Under the pieces are notes generated by a model. It saw only the letters and a program-made list of their open reading frames with translations. It made no database searches and was not told the DNA's origin. The position numbers and the translations under genes were made by a program. Of a DNA stretch of 62,738 bases, positions 9,354 through 19,820 are shown piece by piece (within the stretch, counting starts at the first letter, position 1; the number at the start of each line of letters is the position of its first letter). This stretch comes from an uncultured Muribaculaceae bacterium (GTDB lineage: Bacteria > Bacillota_I > Bacilli_A > RF39 > UBA660): the NCBI GenBank assembly GCA_964369865.1, contig CAYJFL010000003.1, positions 5,700 to 68,437 on the forward strand, read 5' to 3'.

Positions 9354-10217
9354 ATGAAAAAATTTAAGAGAGTATATATAGAAATAACGAATATTTGTAA
9401 TAAAAATTGTAGTTTTTGCCCACCTGTAAAACAGGACCAAAAATTTATGACATTACAAGAATTTGAACATATCCTAAAAAACATCAAAAATTTAACAAAT
9501 TATATATATTTACATGTTAAAGGTGAACCACTAATGCATCCAAAATTAGAGCAAATTTTAAAAATAGCTGAATCATATGGTATGAAAGTGAATATTACTA
9601 CAAATGGTAGTTTAATAAAAAAACAAACGCAAACTTTAAAACAAGCATCAGCTTTACGACAAGTTAATATATCAGTTCACAGTTTTGAACAAGGTGATAA
9701 TATTGGATATATTAATGATATTATGACATCAATAACAGAAATTAAAAAAAATAATCCAGTGATTGTTGTGTATCGTTTTTGGGCGCTTAAAAACATGGAA
9801 ATGAGTTTATCTAATCTTAAATTACTAGAACAAATACAAAGATACTATAATTTGAATGATATAAAAATTGAAGAAATAAAAAAAGAAAAGAATATTAAAA
9901 TATCAAAAGATGTATATATTAATAAGCATCAAATTTTTAAATGGCCTAGTTTAAATAATGATTTTGTTTCTACAACCGGGTTTTGCTATGGTCTAAGTCA
10001 ACAGTTAGCAATTTTAGTAGACGGAACAGTAGTTCCTTGTTGTTTAGATAGTGATGGAATTATGAATCTAGGAAATATATTTAATGAATCTATCGATGAT
10101 ATATTAAGTAAAGAAAAATCACTAAATATCAAAAATAATTTTAAAAATAATAAAGTGTGTGAAGAATTATGTCAAAAATGTCATTATCGTACAAAATTGA
10201 AGCGTGGCATGATATAA
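9354..10217 (+). CDS. Radical SAM protein with C-terminal SPASM/twitch-like Cys cluster
   Basis: CxxxCxxC motif in ITNICNKNCSFCP. C-terminal Cys-rich region (VVPCCLDSDG ... CEELCQKCHY). The ATG immediately follows the uvrB TAG with a zero-nt gap. Confidence 0.85.
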   Translation: MKKFKRVYIEITNICNKNCSFCPPVKQDQKFMTLQEFEHILKNIKNLTNYIYLHVKGEPLMHPKLEQILKIAESYGMKVNITTNGSLIKKQTQTLKQASALRQVNISVHSFEQGDNIGYINDIMTSITEIKKNNPVIVVYRFWALKNMEMSLSNLKLLEQIQRYYNLNDIKIEEIKKEKNIKISKDVYINKHQIFKWPSLNNDFVSTTGFCYGLSQQLAILVDGTVVPCCLDSDGIMNLGNIFNESIDDILSKEKSLNIKNNFKNNKVCEELCQKCHYRTKLKRGMI

Positions 10218-10235
10218 TTAAATGAAGGTGATAAA

Positions 10236-10646
10236 ATGAATAATCAAAGCAATAATAAAAATAAAATTATAAAATTTTGTGAATGGATTATATATATTTT
10301 AGGATATAGTTTGATATTATTGATCCTATCTAATATTTTTAAAAAAACCATTGTTTTTAATAAGGAATTATTTTATATTTGGATTTTTATTACAACTATT
10401 ATAATTTATTTATTAAACAAAACAGTAAAGCCACTTTTAGTTTGGTTAACTATTCCACTAACAGGGTTAACACTTGGATTATTTTATCCATTTATAAATG
10501 TAATAATACTACAAATAGTTGATATAATTATGGGAAATAATTTTAGTATAACAGGAACTTTTATACCATTTATAATAGCTATTTTTATATCAATCATGAA
10601 TGCTGTTATAGACAATATGATAATTGATCCATTAATTAGGAGGTAA
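10236..10646 (+). CDS. Four-TM membrane protein of the YvlD/DUF360 ('phage holin 4 TMS') family
   Basis: Four hydrophobic segments and the family-typical KPLLVWLTIPLTGLTLGLF motif. Housekeeping context, no phage genes nearby. Confidence 0.75.
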   Translation: MNNQSNNKNKIIKFCEWIIYILGYSLILLILSNIFKKTIVFNKELFYIWIFITTIIIYLLNKTVKPLLVWLTIPLTGLTLGLFYPFINVIILQIVDIIMGNNFSITGTFIPFIIAIFISIMNAVIDNMIIDPLIRR

Positions 10647-10648
10647 GT

Positions 10649-11434
10649 ATGAATAGTATATTTATACAAATTGGAAATATAAGTATTTATTGGTATTCAA
10701 TATTTATTTTAATAGGTATAATATTAGGTTATTTTTATGCTGTTAAAGAGTCTAAAAAATTTAATATATCAGAATCAAAAATAATTGATTTAATATTTAT
10801 ATTAATACCATTAAGTATTTTGGGAGCTAGATTATATTATGTATTATTTAATTTAGACTATTACATAATAAATCCTAGTGAAATATTTGCAATTTGGAAT
10901 GGAGGATTAGCTATTCATGGAGGAATAATAGCTGGTTTAATATACCTATATTATTTTGCTAAAAAAAACAAAATAAACTTTCTATTACTTACAGATATCA
11001 CAGTAGTTTCTTTATTTATAGGTCAAGCTTTAGGTAGATGGGGAAATTTTATGAATAGTGAAGCCTATGGTCCGATTACTAATATTCAAACATTAGAAAA
11101 CTTATATGTACCTAATTTTATAATAGATGGCATGTTTATAGATGGTTTTTATCGTTTTCCTACATTTTACTTTGAATCTATAGCGTGTATAATTGGTGCA
11201 ATAGTAATAATAATTTTAAAAAATAAAACAAACATAAAACTAGGTATGTCTACATCTATATATTTAGCTTGGTATGGTGTTGTTAGATTTTGGATTGAGT
11301 CTCTTAGAACTGATAGTCTAATGTTAAGTAACTTTAAAATAGCTCAAATAGTATCAATAATAATGATTTTAATAGCTCTAGTTTTAGCAATATATAGTAA
11401 CAACAAAAATATAAAGTATAGGGAGGCTAAGTAA
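10649..11434 (+). CDS. lgt: Prolipoprotein diacylglyceryl transferase
   Basis: Motifs GLAIHGG and GRWGNFMNSEAYG; polytopic membrane protein of 261 aa. Confidence 0.93.
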   Translation: MNSIFIQIGNISIYWYSIFILIGIILGYFYAVKESKKFNISESKIIDLIFILIPLSILGARLYYVLFNLDYYIINPSEIFAIWNGGLAIHGGIIAGLIYLYYFAKKNKINFLLLTDITVVSLFIGQALGRWGNFMNSEAYGPITNIQTLENLYVPNFIIDGMFIDGFYRFPTFYFESIACIIGAIVIIILKNKTNIKLGMSTSIYLAWYGVVRFWIESLRTDSLMLSNFKIAQIVSIIMILIALVLAIYSNNKNIKYREAK

Positions 11435-12345
11435 TGGATAAAATATACGATTCAGTAGTAATAGGAATGGGAGTTGCCGGTATGAGTAGTGCAATATATT
11501 TAAAACGTTCTGGTTTAAATGTATTAATTATTGAAAAAAATATGCCTGGTGGTCAAATTGTACAAACAGGAATTGTAGATAATTACCCAGGATTTAAAGG
11601 TGATGGTCCAACTCTAGCGTTAGATATGTATGCCCAAATCACAGAAAATAAAATAGAACAAAAATTTGATGAAGTTATTGAACTAGAAAAAAAAGATAAT
11701 ATTTTTAAAATAAAAACATCAACTGAAGAAATAATTAGTAAAACAGTCATTCTTGCAACCGGGAGAACTGCTAATAAATTAAAATTACCAAATGAGGAAG
11801 AGTTAACTGGAAGAGGAGTCAGTTACTGTGTTATATGTGACGGTGCTTTTTATAAAGATAAGGTAGTTGCAGTAGTAGGAAGTGGGAACAGTGCTTTAGA
11901 AGAAGGTTTAAGTTTAACTAAATTATGTTCAAAAGTAATTTTTATAGTTAGAAGTGAAGAATTTAAAGGAAGTTCTGTTTTAATAGAAAAAATTAAAAAT
12001 TCAGCTAATGTTGAAATATTATATAATACAGAGATAGAAAGCATCAATGAAGAAGAAGGTTTTTTATCAAGCATTACTGTTCAAAATAAAGAAAAAAAAT
12101 TAGACTTGGATGTTTCAGGATTATTCATTTATATAGGATTTTCTCCGAAAATCAACTACTTAAATAAACTTAGTGTTGAAGAAAATAATGGATATATTGT
12201 AACTAGAGGAAATGGTAAGACAAATATTGAAGGGTTATATGCTTGTGGAGATTCAATAAAAAAACAATATTATCAAATATCGATCGCAGTTGGCGAAGGA
12301 GCATCTACAGCGTTAGAAGTAGACACATATTTAAAGAAAAATTAG
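11434..12345 (+). CDS. trxB: Thioredoxin-disulfide reductase
   Basis: FAD fold VVIGMGVAGMSSA, redox-active CVICDG, NAD(P) fold VVGSGNSALEE. The ATG shares one nt with the lgt stop. Confidence 0.93.
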   Translation: MDKIYDSVVIGMGVAGMSSAIYLKRSGLNVLIIEKNMPGGQIVQTGIVDNYPGFKGDGPTLALDMYAQITENKIEQKFDEVIELEKKDNIFKIKTSTEEIISKTVILATGRTANKLKLPNEEELTGRGVSYCVICDGAFYKDKVVAVVGSGNSALEEGLSLTKLCSKVIFIVRSEEFKGSSVLIEKIKNSANVEILYNTEIESINEEEGFLSSITVQNKEKKLDLDVSGLFIYIGFSPKINYLNKLSVEENNGYIVTRGNGKTNIEGLYACGDSIKKQYYQISIAVGEGASTALEVDTYLKKN

Positions 12346-12357
12346 TGAGGATTTATT

Positions 12358-13311
12358 ATGAAAAAGAAAAAAATAGTTATAATGGGTGGAGGAACAGGAC
12401 TTTCTACTTTATTAAAAGGACTGAAAAATTTTCCTGTTGATATTACAGCGGTAGTTTCAGTATGTGATGATGGAAAAAGTACCGGTCGTTTAAGAGAAGA
12501 ATTTAATACACCAGCAGTAGGAGATATTAGAAGAGTAATTATATCACTTGCAGAAGTAGAACCTTTAGTAGAAAAGTTAATTAACTACCGATTTAATACT
12601 TACAGTGATTTAAACGGACATACTGTTGGAAATCTTTTATTAACAGCTTTATGCAATATAAATGGAAATATGAGTGATGGAATAGAAGCTCTGAGTAAAG
12701 TTTTTAATCTATCAGGAAGAGTACTACCGTTAACAGAAGATAATGTTAAATTAGTAGCAAAGATGAAAGATGGTAAAGTTGTACATGGAGAGCATAATAT
12801 TACAAATGCATTCTCAGTAATTGATAAAATTTATTATAAAGATAAACCAAAAGTAAACGAGCATGTTATTGAAAAAATAAAGGAAGCAGATTTAGTAATA
12901 CTAAGTATGGGAAGTTTATATACAAGTACATTACCAAATTTGTTACCAAAAGAGATCAAGACAGCTATAGATAATAGCAATGGTAAAATTATGTATGTAG
13001 CTAATATAATGACTCAAAGAGGAGAGACAGACGATTATGCTGTGTCAGATCATGTTATAGCTATTAATAAATATTTAGGAAAAAGAAAACTAGATCTTGT
13101 AATCGCAAATAATGGTAAGATTAGTAATGAATTAGTTGATAAATATGCTCAACTAGAACAAAAAGATCCGGTATATTTTGATTATCAAAAAACAAAAAAA
13201 CAAGGTGTTAAAATAATTAGTGACGATTATGTTATTGTTGAAGATGAATCTAATTACTTAAGACATAATGTAAATAAAGTAGCATTACATATATACGGAT
13301 TATTAATATAA
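12358..13311 (+). CDS. yvcK: YvcK/GlmR-family (CofD-like, gluconeogenesis factor) protein
   Basis: N-terminal GGGTGLSTLLKGLK motif and the conserved yvcK-whiA pair. Confidence 0.9.
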   Translation: MKKKKIVIMGGGTGLSTLLKGLKNFPVDITAVVSVCDDGKSTGRLREEFNTPAVGDIRRVIISLAEVEPLVEKLINYRFNTYSDLNGHTVGNLLLTALCNINGNMSDGIEALSKVFNLSGRVLPLTEDNVKLVAKMKDGKVVHGEHNITNAFSVIDKIYYKDKPKVNEHVIEKIKEADLVILSMGSLYTSTLPNLLPKEIKTAIDNSNGKIMYVANIMTQRGETDDYAVSDHVIAINKYLGKRKLDLVIANNGKISNELVDKYAQLEQKDPVYFDYQKTKKQGVKIISDDYVIVEDESNYLRHNVNKVALHIYGLLI

Positions 13312-13320
13312 GGAGGAAAT

Positions 13321-14256
13321 ATGTCTTTTACTAGTACAATAAAAAATGAAATAGATATTAAAAATTATACAAAGATAGAAAATATAACATTATTATCTGC
13401 ACTAGTAAAATCTCTAGGGCATATTAATGAAAATAAAGTTTCAATTTCCACAGAAAATGTAGGTGTAGCTCAAAAAATATTTAAACTATTTAAAGAAGTT
13501 TACAATATAACACCACGTATTACAGTGCGTAACGGATATAATTTTAAAAAAAATCATATATATATCTTAGATATAAAAAATAACACAAATAAATTTTTAA
13601 ATGATTTATCAATTAAGAAAGATGAAGAAATTTTGTTCTATCCAGATGAATATATTGTAGCAGACCAATATTTAATAAGAATATATTTATTGGGGTTATT
13701 CTTAGCTATTGGTAGTGTAAATGATCCTAAAAAAAGTAGATATCACATGGAATTTTTAGTTGATACAGAAGAATATGCTAATTTTATTTCATCTCTTTTA
13801 AATTCATATGATTTAAATAGTAAAGTGTTAAAAAGAGAAAATAAGTATATGGTTTATATAAAGGAAGCAGAAAAAATTAGTGATTTTCTAAAAGTAATTA
13901 ATGCTCCAAATGCTGTTTTATACTATGAAAACATAAGGATATATAGAGAAAATAAAAATATGGCTAACCGATTAAATAATTGTGAACAAGCTAATGTTGA
14001 CAAACAAATTCAAACGGCTTCATTACTAGTAAATGATATTAATTTGCTTGAAGAAGTAGGAGCGTTAGAATTGTTAGATGAAAAAGTGTTGGTTGTTGCT
14101 AAATATAGAAGAATGTATCCTGAAGTTTCATTACTAGAATTGAGTGAAATTATAACTTTAGAAACAGGGAACCCAATTACTAAATCTGGAATTCATCATA
14201 GATTAAATAAAATAAAAGTACTAGCTACTAAAATTAGAAACAAAAACAAACATTAA
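13321..14256 (+). CDS. whiA: DNA-binding protein WhiA
   Basis: 311 aa with a degenerate LAGLIDADG-like core and a C-terminal HTH (SGIHHRLNKI). It follows yvcK as in B. subtilis (yvcL). Confidence 0.92.
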   Translation: MSFTSTIKNEIDIKNYTKIENITLLSALVKSLGHINENKVSISTENVGVAQKIFKLFKEVYNITPRITVRNGYNFKKNHIYILDIKNNTNKFLNDLSIKKDEEILFYPDEYIVADQYLIRIYLLGLFLAIGSVNDPKKSRYHMEFLVDTEEYANFISSLLNSYDLNSKVLKRENKYMVYIKEAEKISDFLKVINAPNAVLYYENIRIYRENKNMANRLNNCEQANVDKQIQTASLLVNDINLLEEVGALELLDEKVLVVAKYRRMYPEVSLLELSEIITLETGNPITKSGIHHRLNKIKVLATKIRNKNKH

Positions 14257-14267
14257 GTTTGTTTTTT
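14244..14267 (+). terminator. Rho-independent terminator after whiA
   Basis: AAACAAAC / GTTTGTTT stem plus T-run spanning the whiA stop. TTGAAG ... TATAAT boxes follow. Confidence 0.7.
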
Positions 14268-14319
14268 ATATTGAAGACAAAATATAAAAAATATAGTATA
14301 ATTAAATACAGGTGATTTT

Positions 14320-15294
14320 ATGCAAAAAATTTATAATGACTTAACTAAATATATTAAAGAACATGATACAGTTATTATCATGGGACATAAAAATATTGAC
14401 TTAGACGCTTTAGGATCGGCAGTTGCTTTTTATAAAATAATTAAGCAATTTAAAAAAAATGTATATATATATATAACGAAAAAAGAAGAGAATACTTCAA
14501 TTATAAACGCTTATAAGATGTTAGATACAATTCCAATTAAAATAAATTATATTAATAGCAATACATACAAAGAAAAGCTTTCTACCAATACATTATTATT
14601 AATCTTAGATACACATAAAATTGAATTGATAGAAAATTCTGATTTAGTAGAAGAAGTGAAAACAGTACTTATATGCGATCACCATATCAAACATGATAAA
14701 TCTCCATTTAAAGTAGATTATGAATATATAAATGAAAAAATATCTAGTATGAACGAATTTGCAATTGGGTATTTAAAATATTTGAATATAAAAATATCAT
14801 CCATGTTAGCAACAATTATGTTAGCGGGTATGGTTATTGATACAAATGGCTTTAATTCTAAAACAAGCAATGAAACCTATAATGCAGCCTCTTATTTAAA
14901 AACTATGGGAGCAGATGATACTTTAAAACAACAGCTACTTCAAGAAAGAAAAGAAGTTTTAGTTCAAAGACAAAGATTGTTGTCAAAAAGTGAAAATGTC
15001 CTAGAAAAATTTGAAGTTTGTATATTAGATGGTAAAGTATATGAAAAAATGGACTTAGCAATAATTGCTGATGAATTACTTAAATTTGAAGGAGTAAAAG
15101 CATCATTTTGTATTGCAAAAACATCTAGCAATTATGTTAGTATAAGCGCTAGATCATTAGGTGAAATAGATGTTGAAAAAATAATGACAACTTTAGGTGG
15201 TGGAGGCCATAAAAATATTGCTGCTGCTACACTAAAGAATAAGGAAATTAATGAAGTGAAATTATCACTAATAGAGTTATTAGGAAGGATATAA
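14320..15294 (+). CDS. Stand-alone DHH/DHHA1 phosphoesterase in the position occupied by gdpP (yybT) in B. subtilis
   Basis: DHH motif (LICDHHI) and DHHA1 GGGH motif ([12 protein letters not shown]). 324 aa with no TM, PAS or GGDEF part. Directly upstream of rplI-dnaB. Confidence 0.85.
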   Translation: MQKIYNDLTKYIKEHDTVIIMGHKNIDLDALGSAVAFYKIIKQFKKNVYIYITKKEENTSIINAYKMLDTIPIKINYINSNTYKEKLSTNTLLLILDTHKIELIENSDLVEEVKTVLICDHHIKHDKSPFKVDYEYINEKISSMNEFAIGYLKYLNIKISSMLATIMLAGMVIDTNGFNSKTSNETYNAASYLKTMGADDTLKQQLLQERKEVLVQRQRLLSKSENVLEKFEVCILDGKVYEKMDLAIIADELLKFEGVKASFCIAKTSSNYVSISARSLGEIDVEKIMTTLGGGGHKNIAAATLKNKEINEVKLSLIELLGRI

Positions 15295-15295
15295 T

Positions 15296-15739
15296 ATGAA
15301 AGTTATATTTATAAAAGACTTAAGAGGTCAAGGTAAAAAGAATGAAGTAAAAGAAGTTAAAGATGGTTATGGAATGAACTTTTTAGTTAAAAATGGATTT
15401 GCTGTACCAGCTACTGAAATAAATTTGTTAAAATTAAAAAAAGAAACTGAAAATAATCAGTTAGAAGAAAATTTATTAATTAAAGACAAAGAAACTATAA
15501 AAAAAGAAATAGAAAAATTAACTTTAAAATTCACTTTAAAAGTAGGTGTGAATGGTAAAGTTTTTGGTAGTGTTACCGCTAAGCAAATAAAAGAAGAATT
15601 AAATAAAAATGGAATAAATATTGATAAAAGAAATATCAAGAGTGATCATGTTATTGATTCGCTAGGGACACATATTGTAAATATAGAATTACATAAAAAA
15701 GTTGTTGCAGAAGCAAAAGTAACTATTACTAGTAAATAA
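15296..15739 (+). CDS. rplI: 50S ribosomal protein L9
   Basis: [26 protein letters not shown]-terminus, 147 aa, conserved rplI-dnaB pair. Confidence 0.95.
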   Translation: MKVIFIKDLRGQGKKNEVKEVKDGYGMNFLVKNGFAVPATEINLLKLKKETENNQLEENLLIKDKETIKKEIEKLTLKFTLKVGVNGKVFGSVTAKQIKEELNKNGINIDKRNIKSDHVIDSLGTHIVNIELHKKVVAEAKVTITSK

Positions 15740-15751
15740 GAGAGGTAAAAT

Positions 15752-17095
15752 ATGATGGATAAAACAATGCCGCACAATTTTGAAGCAGAACAATCAGTTA
15801 TTGGGTCAATGTTCTTAAGTAAGTATGCAGCTCAAAAATGTGTTGAAACATTAAATAGTGAATTATTTTATAATGAAGCAAATGCTAAAATATTTGCTAT
15901 TTTAGCAACTTTAGTAGAAAAAAAAGTTCCTATCGATCCAACTACTGTTACTGCTGAACTAGATAAGCAAAAAGTTTTATCACAAGTTGGTGGAGTAGAA
16001 TATTTAACTGAAGTAATTAATAGTGTGCCAACAGCTAGTAATGTGGATGAATATATAAAAATTGTAGAGCAATGTTCAATAAAAAGAAGATTAATTATTG
16101 AGTCAACAGAAATTACTAACAGTGTATTTTCATCAACAGATGATTTAGAAGATATTTTAGATAATGCTGAAAGAAAAATTTTGAATGTTGTTAAAACTAG
16201 AAAAGGTACTGAATTTAGAACAATCCAAGATGTACTTTATAAAACACAGCAAAATATTGAAAAATTATCACAAAATAAAGGTGAAATTACAGGTTTAGCA
16301 ACAGGTTTTTACGATTTAGATAAAATTACAAGTGGATTACATGCAAATGAGCTAATTATAATAGCTGCAAGACCAGCAATGGGTAAAACAGCGTTTGCAC
16401 TAAATTTAGCAATGAACTGTGCTAACAACACAGATAAAGCAGTAGCTATTTTCAATATGGAGATGGGTGCTGAACAGCTAGCAATGCGTTTAATATCAAG
16501 TGCAGGACAAATAGATCAATCCAAATTAAAAAATGGTCGTTTGGAACATAATGATTGGAAGCGTATAAATGAAGCTATTAGTCGTTTAGCAGAATCAAAT
16601 ATATTTATTGATGATACACCAGGTATGACTATTGGAGAATTACGCGCTAAATGTCGTCGTTTAGCAAGCAGTGAAAATGGTTTGAGTTTAGTCGTAATCG
16701 ATTATCTGCAACTACTTAGTGGTGGAGGTAAATATGGTTCTAATAGACAACAAGAAGTATCAGATATTTCTCGTGCTTTAAAAACAATGGCAATGGAACT
16801 TGAAATACCAGTTATTGCTTTAGCTCAATTATCTCGTAGTGTAGAATCAAGAGATGATAAAAGACCAATTATGAGTGATTTAAGAGAATCTGGTTCGATA
16901 GAGCAAGATGCAGACATAGTTGCCTTCTTATATCGTGATGATTATTATAATAAAGAAGCAGCTATAGATGCAAATACAGGTCAAAGTGAATTACTAATTA
17001 GAAAACATAGAAGTGGGCCAACAGCAGAAATACCACTAATATTTAAACGTAATACATCAACATTTGTTAACTTTATTGACCGTAGTGAAGGATAG
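15752..17095 (+). CDS. dnaB: Replicative DNA helicase (DnaB family; DnaC in B. subtilis nomenclature)
   Basis: PHNFEAEQSVIGSM N-terminus, Walker A ARPAMGKTAFALN, and the LRESGSIEQDAD motif. Confidence 0.97.
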   Translation: MMDKTMPHNFEAEQSVIGSMFLSKYAAQKCVETLNSELFYNEANAKIFAILATLVEKKVPIDPTTVTAELDKQKVLSQVGGVEYLTEVINSVPTASNVDEYIKIVEQCSIKRRLIIESTEITNSVFSSTDDLEDILDNAERKILNVVKTRKGTEFRTIQDVLYKTQQNIEKLSQNKGEITGLATGFYDLDKITSGLHANELIIIAARPAMGKTAFALNLAMNCANNTDKAVAIFNMEMGAEQLAMRLISSAGQIDQSKLKNGRLEHNDWKRINEAISRLAESNIFIDDTPGMTIGELRAKCRRLASSENGLSLVVIDYLQLLSGGGKYGSNRQQEVSDISRALKTMAMELEIPVIALAQLSRSVESRDDKRPIMSDLRESGSIEQDADIVAFLYRDDYYNKEAAIDANTGQSELLIRKHRSGPTAEIPLIFKRNTSTFVNFIDRSEG

Positions 17096-17101
17096 GTGAA
17101 T

Positions 17102-18562
17102 ATGAAAAAATATGGAATAATTTTAATAGCAATATTGTCCTTTTTATCAATATTCGCTTTAGGATTTAATTATGAACAAAATACTGATCCAAATAGTTTT
17201 TATCAAGTATATTTAGATGATCAAATTATAGGAACTATAAAATCAGAAAAAGAATTATTAAAATTAATCGATTCACGCGGTGAATATATTAAAAATAAGT
17301 ATAATACTGATAAAGTATATGAACCGAATGGATTACAAATTAGAAAAATAAATACATTTACTGATGAAATATCAAGTGTAGAAGATGTATATATAAAAAT
17401 AGAAGAAATGCGTCCTTTTACAGTTAAAGGTTATCAATTAACTATAACTAAAGGAGAAACTTCTACAAAATACTATGCACTAGATGAGGCTGTTTTTAGT
17501 GATGCGCTTGAAGAGTTTACTAAAATTTATGTTGGTGAATTGAGATATGAACAGTTTATGGAAGATACTCAAACTCCGATAACTTCTACTGGAGCAGTTA
17601 TAGAAAAATTATATTTTGAAGAAAATATGACAATTAAAGAATTAAACATTCCAGTAACTAGCACAATATATACAGATTATAAACAATTATCTAGTATATT
17701 ATTATTTGGAGAAAGTGCTATTAATCAAAATTATACAGTTGAACAAGGTGATACAATTGATACAGTATCATTTAAAAATCAAATAAGTACAGAAGAATTT
17801 TTAATTTCAAATCCTCAATTTACTAGTAGTCAAAGTTTATTATTTCCAGGACAAAACGTCATAATATCACAAACTAATCCACAAATTAGTTTAGTAGTTG
17901 AAGAACATATTGTAAAAGATGTTGTAAGTAATTATAAAACAGAAGAAGTAATAGATAATAATGCTACAGTTGGTAGTAGCAAAGTTATTCAACAAGGAAG
18001 TAACGGATTAGAACGTGTTACTCAAAAACAACGTGCTGTAAATGGGGTAATAAATTATGTAGATCCAAAAGGTGTTGAAGTATTACAACCAGCAATAAAC
18101 GAAATAGTTTCAATTGGTGGTAAAATAATACCAAATGTAGGAACCACAGCACTAGGAACATGGGCGTGGCCAACAAATAGTGGATATACAATATCTTCAG
18201 ACTTTGCTTATCGTATTAATCCTATTACAGGAAGACGTGAGTTACATACAGGAATAGACATTGCTGGTACAGGACATGGATCACCAGTATATGCAGTGAA
18301 CAATGGTACTGTTTTAAAAGCTTCATACACATATATAAATGGTTACTATGTAGAAATAAACCATAATAATGGATATTATACTTATTATGGACATTTATCA
18401 AAATTTATAGTATCACCAGGAGAAGTTGTATCTAAAGGTCAAATAATAGGATATGTTGGTTCTACTGGTTATTCAACTGGACCGCATTTACACTTTGAAG
18501 TTTGGCAAAATGGAGCACCATGGAAAGGGACTTTAATTAGTCCATGGACATTGTACCGATGA
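17102..18562 (+). CDS. Membrane-anchored M23 (LytM) peptidase with LysM and G5 domains
   Basis: N-terminal TM, LysM (YTVEQGDTIDTVSF...), G5-like segment (VIQQGSNGLERVTQKQRAVNG). Intact M23 motifs HTGIDIAG and GPHLHFEV. Confidence 0.9.
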   Translation: MKKYGIILIAILSFLSIFALGFNYEQNTDPNSFYQVYLDDQIIGTIKSEKELLKLIDSRGEYIKNKYNTDKVYEPNGLQIRKINTFTDEISSVEDVYIKIEEMRPFTVKGYQLTITKGETSTKYYALDEAVFSDALEEFTKIYVGELRYEQFMEDTQTPITSTGAVIEKLYFEENMTIKELNIPVTSTIYTDYKQLSSILLFGESAINQNYTVEQGDTIDTVSFKNQISTEEFLISNPQFTSSQSLLFPGQNVIISQTNPQISLVVEEHIVKDVVSNYKTEEVIDNNATVGSSKVIQQGSNGLERVTQKQRAVNGVINYVDPKGVEVLQPAINEIVSIGGKIIPNVGTTALGTWAWPTNSGYTISSDFAYRINPITGRRELHTGIDIAGTGHGSPVYAVNNGTVLKASYTYINGYYVEINHNNGYYTYYGHLSKFIVSPGEVVSKGQIIGYVGSTGYSTGPHLHFEVWQNGAPWKGTLISPWTLYR

Positions 18563-19317
18563 AAATATCAGTATTAGCTAGTGGAAGTAAAGGAAATCTA
18601 ACTTATGTAGAAACTCCTACAACTAAATTATTAATAGATATTGGAATTAGTACACTTCAAGTAGAAAAAAAATTGAATGAACTAAATGTTAAAGCTAGCG
18701 AAATAAATGGAATAATATTAACCCATACACATAAAGACCACATTAGTGGTCTTCCTGTATTTACTAAAAAATATAGTCCTAATGTATATTTAACTAAAAC
18801 TATGTTTGACTCGCTAGATTGTACTAATGAAAATTATTGCATAGTAAAAGATCAAATTCATATTAATGATTTGGCTATTGATATTATAAGTACATCTCAT
18901 GATGCCGATGATTCGTGTGGATTTATATTAAACTATCAAGATAGTAGTGTTGTTTATATTACTGATACCGGATATATTAATAATAAATATCATGATCAAT
19001 TAACAAACAAAACAATGTATATAATAGAAAGTAATCATTGTCCTAAATTATTAATGGATGGGCCGTATCCATTTTATTTAAAACAAAGAGTAATTGGAGA
19101 TAGTGGCCATTTATCCAATGAACAATGTGCGATGTATCTACAAAAGTTTATTGGAGAAAAAACTCAAAATATAATTTTAGCCCATCTAAGTGCTGAAAAT
19201 AATGAAGAACTATTAGCTTTAAATAAAACTAGAGAAAAATTATTATTAAGTGAATTTGATGTACCAAATTTAATAGCGGCTAGACAGAATGAAAGAACGG
19301 ATTTGATTGAATTATGA
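18559..19317 (+). CDS. MBL-fold metallo-hydrolase (YycJ/WalJ-like)
   Basis: HTHKDHISG (HxHxDH) motif. ATG 18559 forms an ATGA overlap with the upstream stop; the track start at 18544 is less likely. Confidence 0.88.
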   Translation: MKISVLASGSKGNLTYVETPTTKLLIDIGISTLQVEKKLNELNVKASEINGIILTHTHKDHISGLPVFTKKYSPNVYLTKTMFDSLDCTNENYCIVKDQIHINDLAIDIISTSHDADDSCGFILNYQDSSVVYITDTGYINNKYHDQLTNKTMYIIESNHCPKLLMDGPYPFYLKQRVIGDSGHLSNEQCAMYLQKFIGEKTQNIILAHLSAENNEELLALNKTREKLLLSEFDVPNLIAARQNERTDLIEL

Positions 19318-19769
19318 TAAAAATACTTTGTGTTGGAAAAATAAAAGAGCAATTTTTTGTTAAAGCTATCGAAGAATATAAAAAACGTCTTTCAAAATAT
19401 ACTAAGTTGGAAATAATTGAAGTTCCAGATAGTAGTTTACAAACTCCAATTTTAAACAAATTAAAAGATAAAGAAAAGTTATTAAAACATATTAAAGAAA
19501 AAGATTTTGTTATTACAATGTGTATTAAAGCTAAAGAATTTACTAGCGAGGAATTCGCAACATTTATAGAAAAGACAGAAATGATAAATTCCAATATAGT
19601 ATTTATTATTGGTGGGAGTGACGGAATAGACAATGAGATCATTAATCGTAGTAATGCCCAAATTTCATTTTCTAAATTAACTTTCCCACATCAATTATTC
19701 AGAATATTTTTATTAGAGCAAATATATAGAAGTTATAAAATCAGGAATAATGAAAGCTATCATAAATAA
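19314..19769 (+). CDS. rlmH: 23S rRNA (pseudouridine1915-N3)-methyltransferase RlmH
   Basis: SPOUT family. MIKILCVGKIKE N-terminus and IIGGSDG motif. ATGA overlap with the upstream gene. Confidence 0.9.
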   Translation: MIKILCVGKIKEQFFVKAIEEYKKRLSKYTKLEIIEVPDSSLQTPILNKLKDKEKLLKHIKEKDFVITMCIKAKEFTSEEFATFIEKTEMINSNIVFIIGGSDGIDNEIINRSNAQISFSKLTFPHQLFRIFLLEQIYRSYKIRNNESYHK

Positions 19770-19820
19770 TGTATAAATAAAATTAAATCATCCACTATGA
19801 ATATAGGAGATGATTTTTTT

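Noticed and set aside
8999-9487. 162-aa minus-strand ORF spanning the uvrB/radical SAM junction
   Set aside because: It is antisense to two confident, tightly packed + strand genes.
9354-10646. Radical SAM/SPASM gene as part of a RiPP cluster, with the next ORF as a 'phage holin'
   Set aside because: No short precursor-peptide ORF, protease or exporter is adjacent. The 'holin-family' four-TM protein belongs to the YvlD/DUF360 type found in housekeeping contexts next to lgt, and no phage genes are present.
12243-12440. 65-aa + strand ORF bridging trxB and yvcK in another frame
   Set aside because: It overlaps two confident genes out of frame and has no independent signals.
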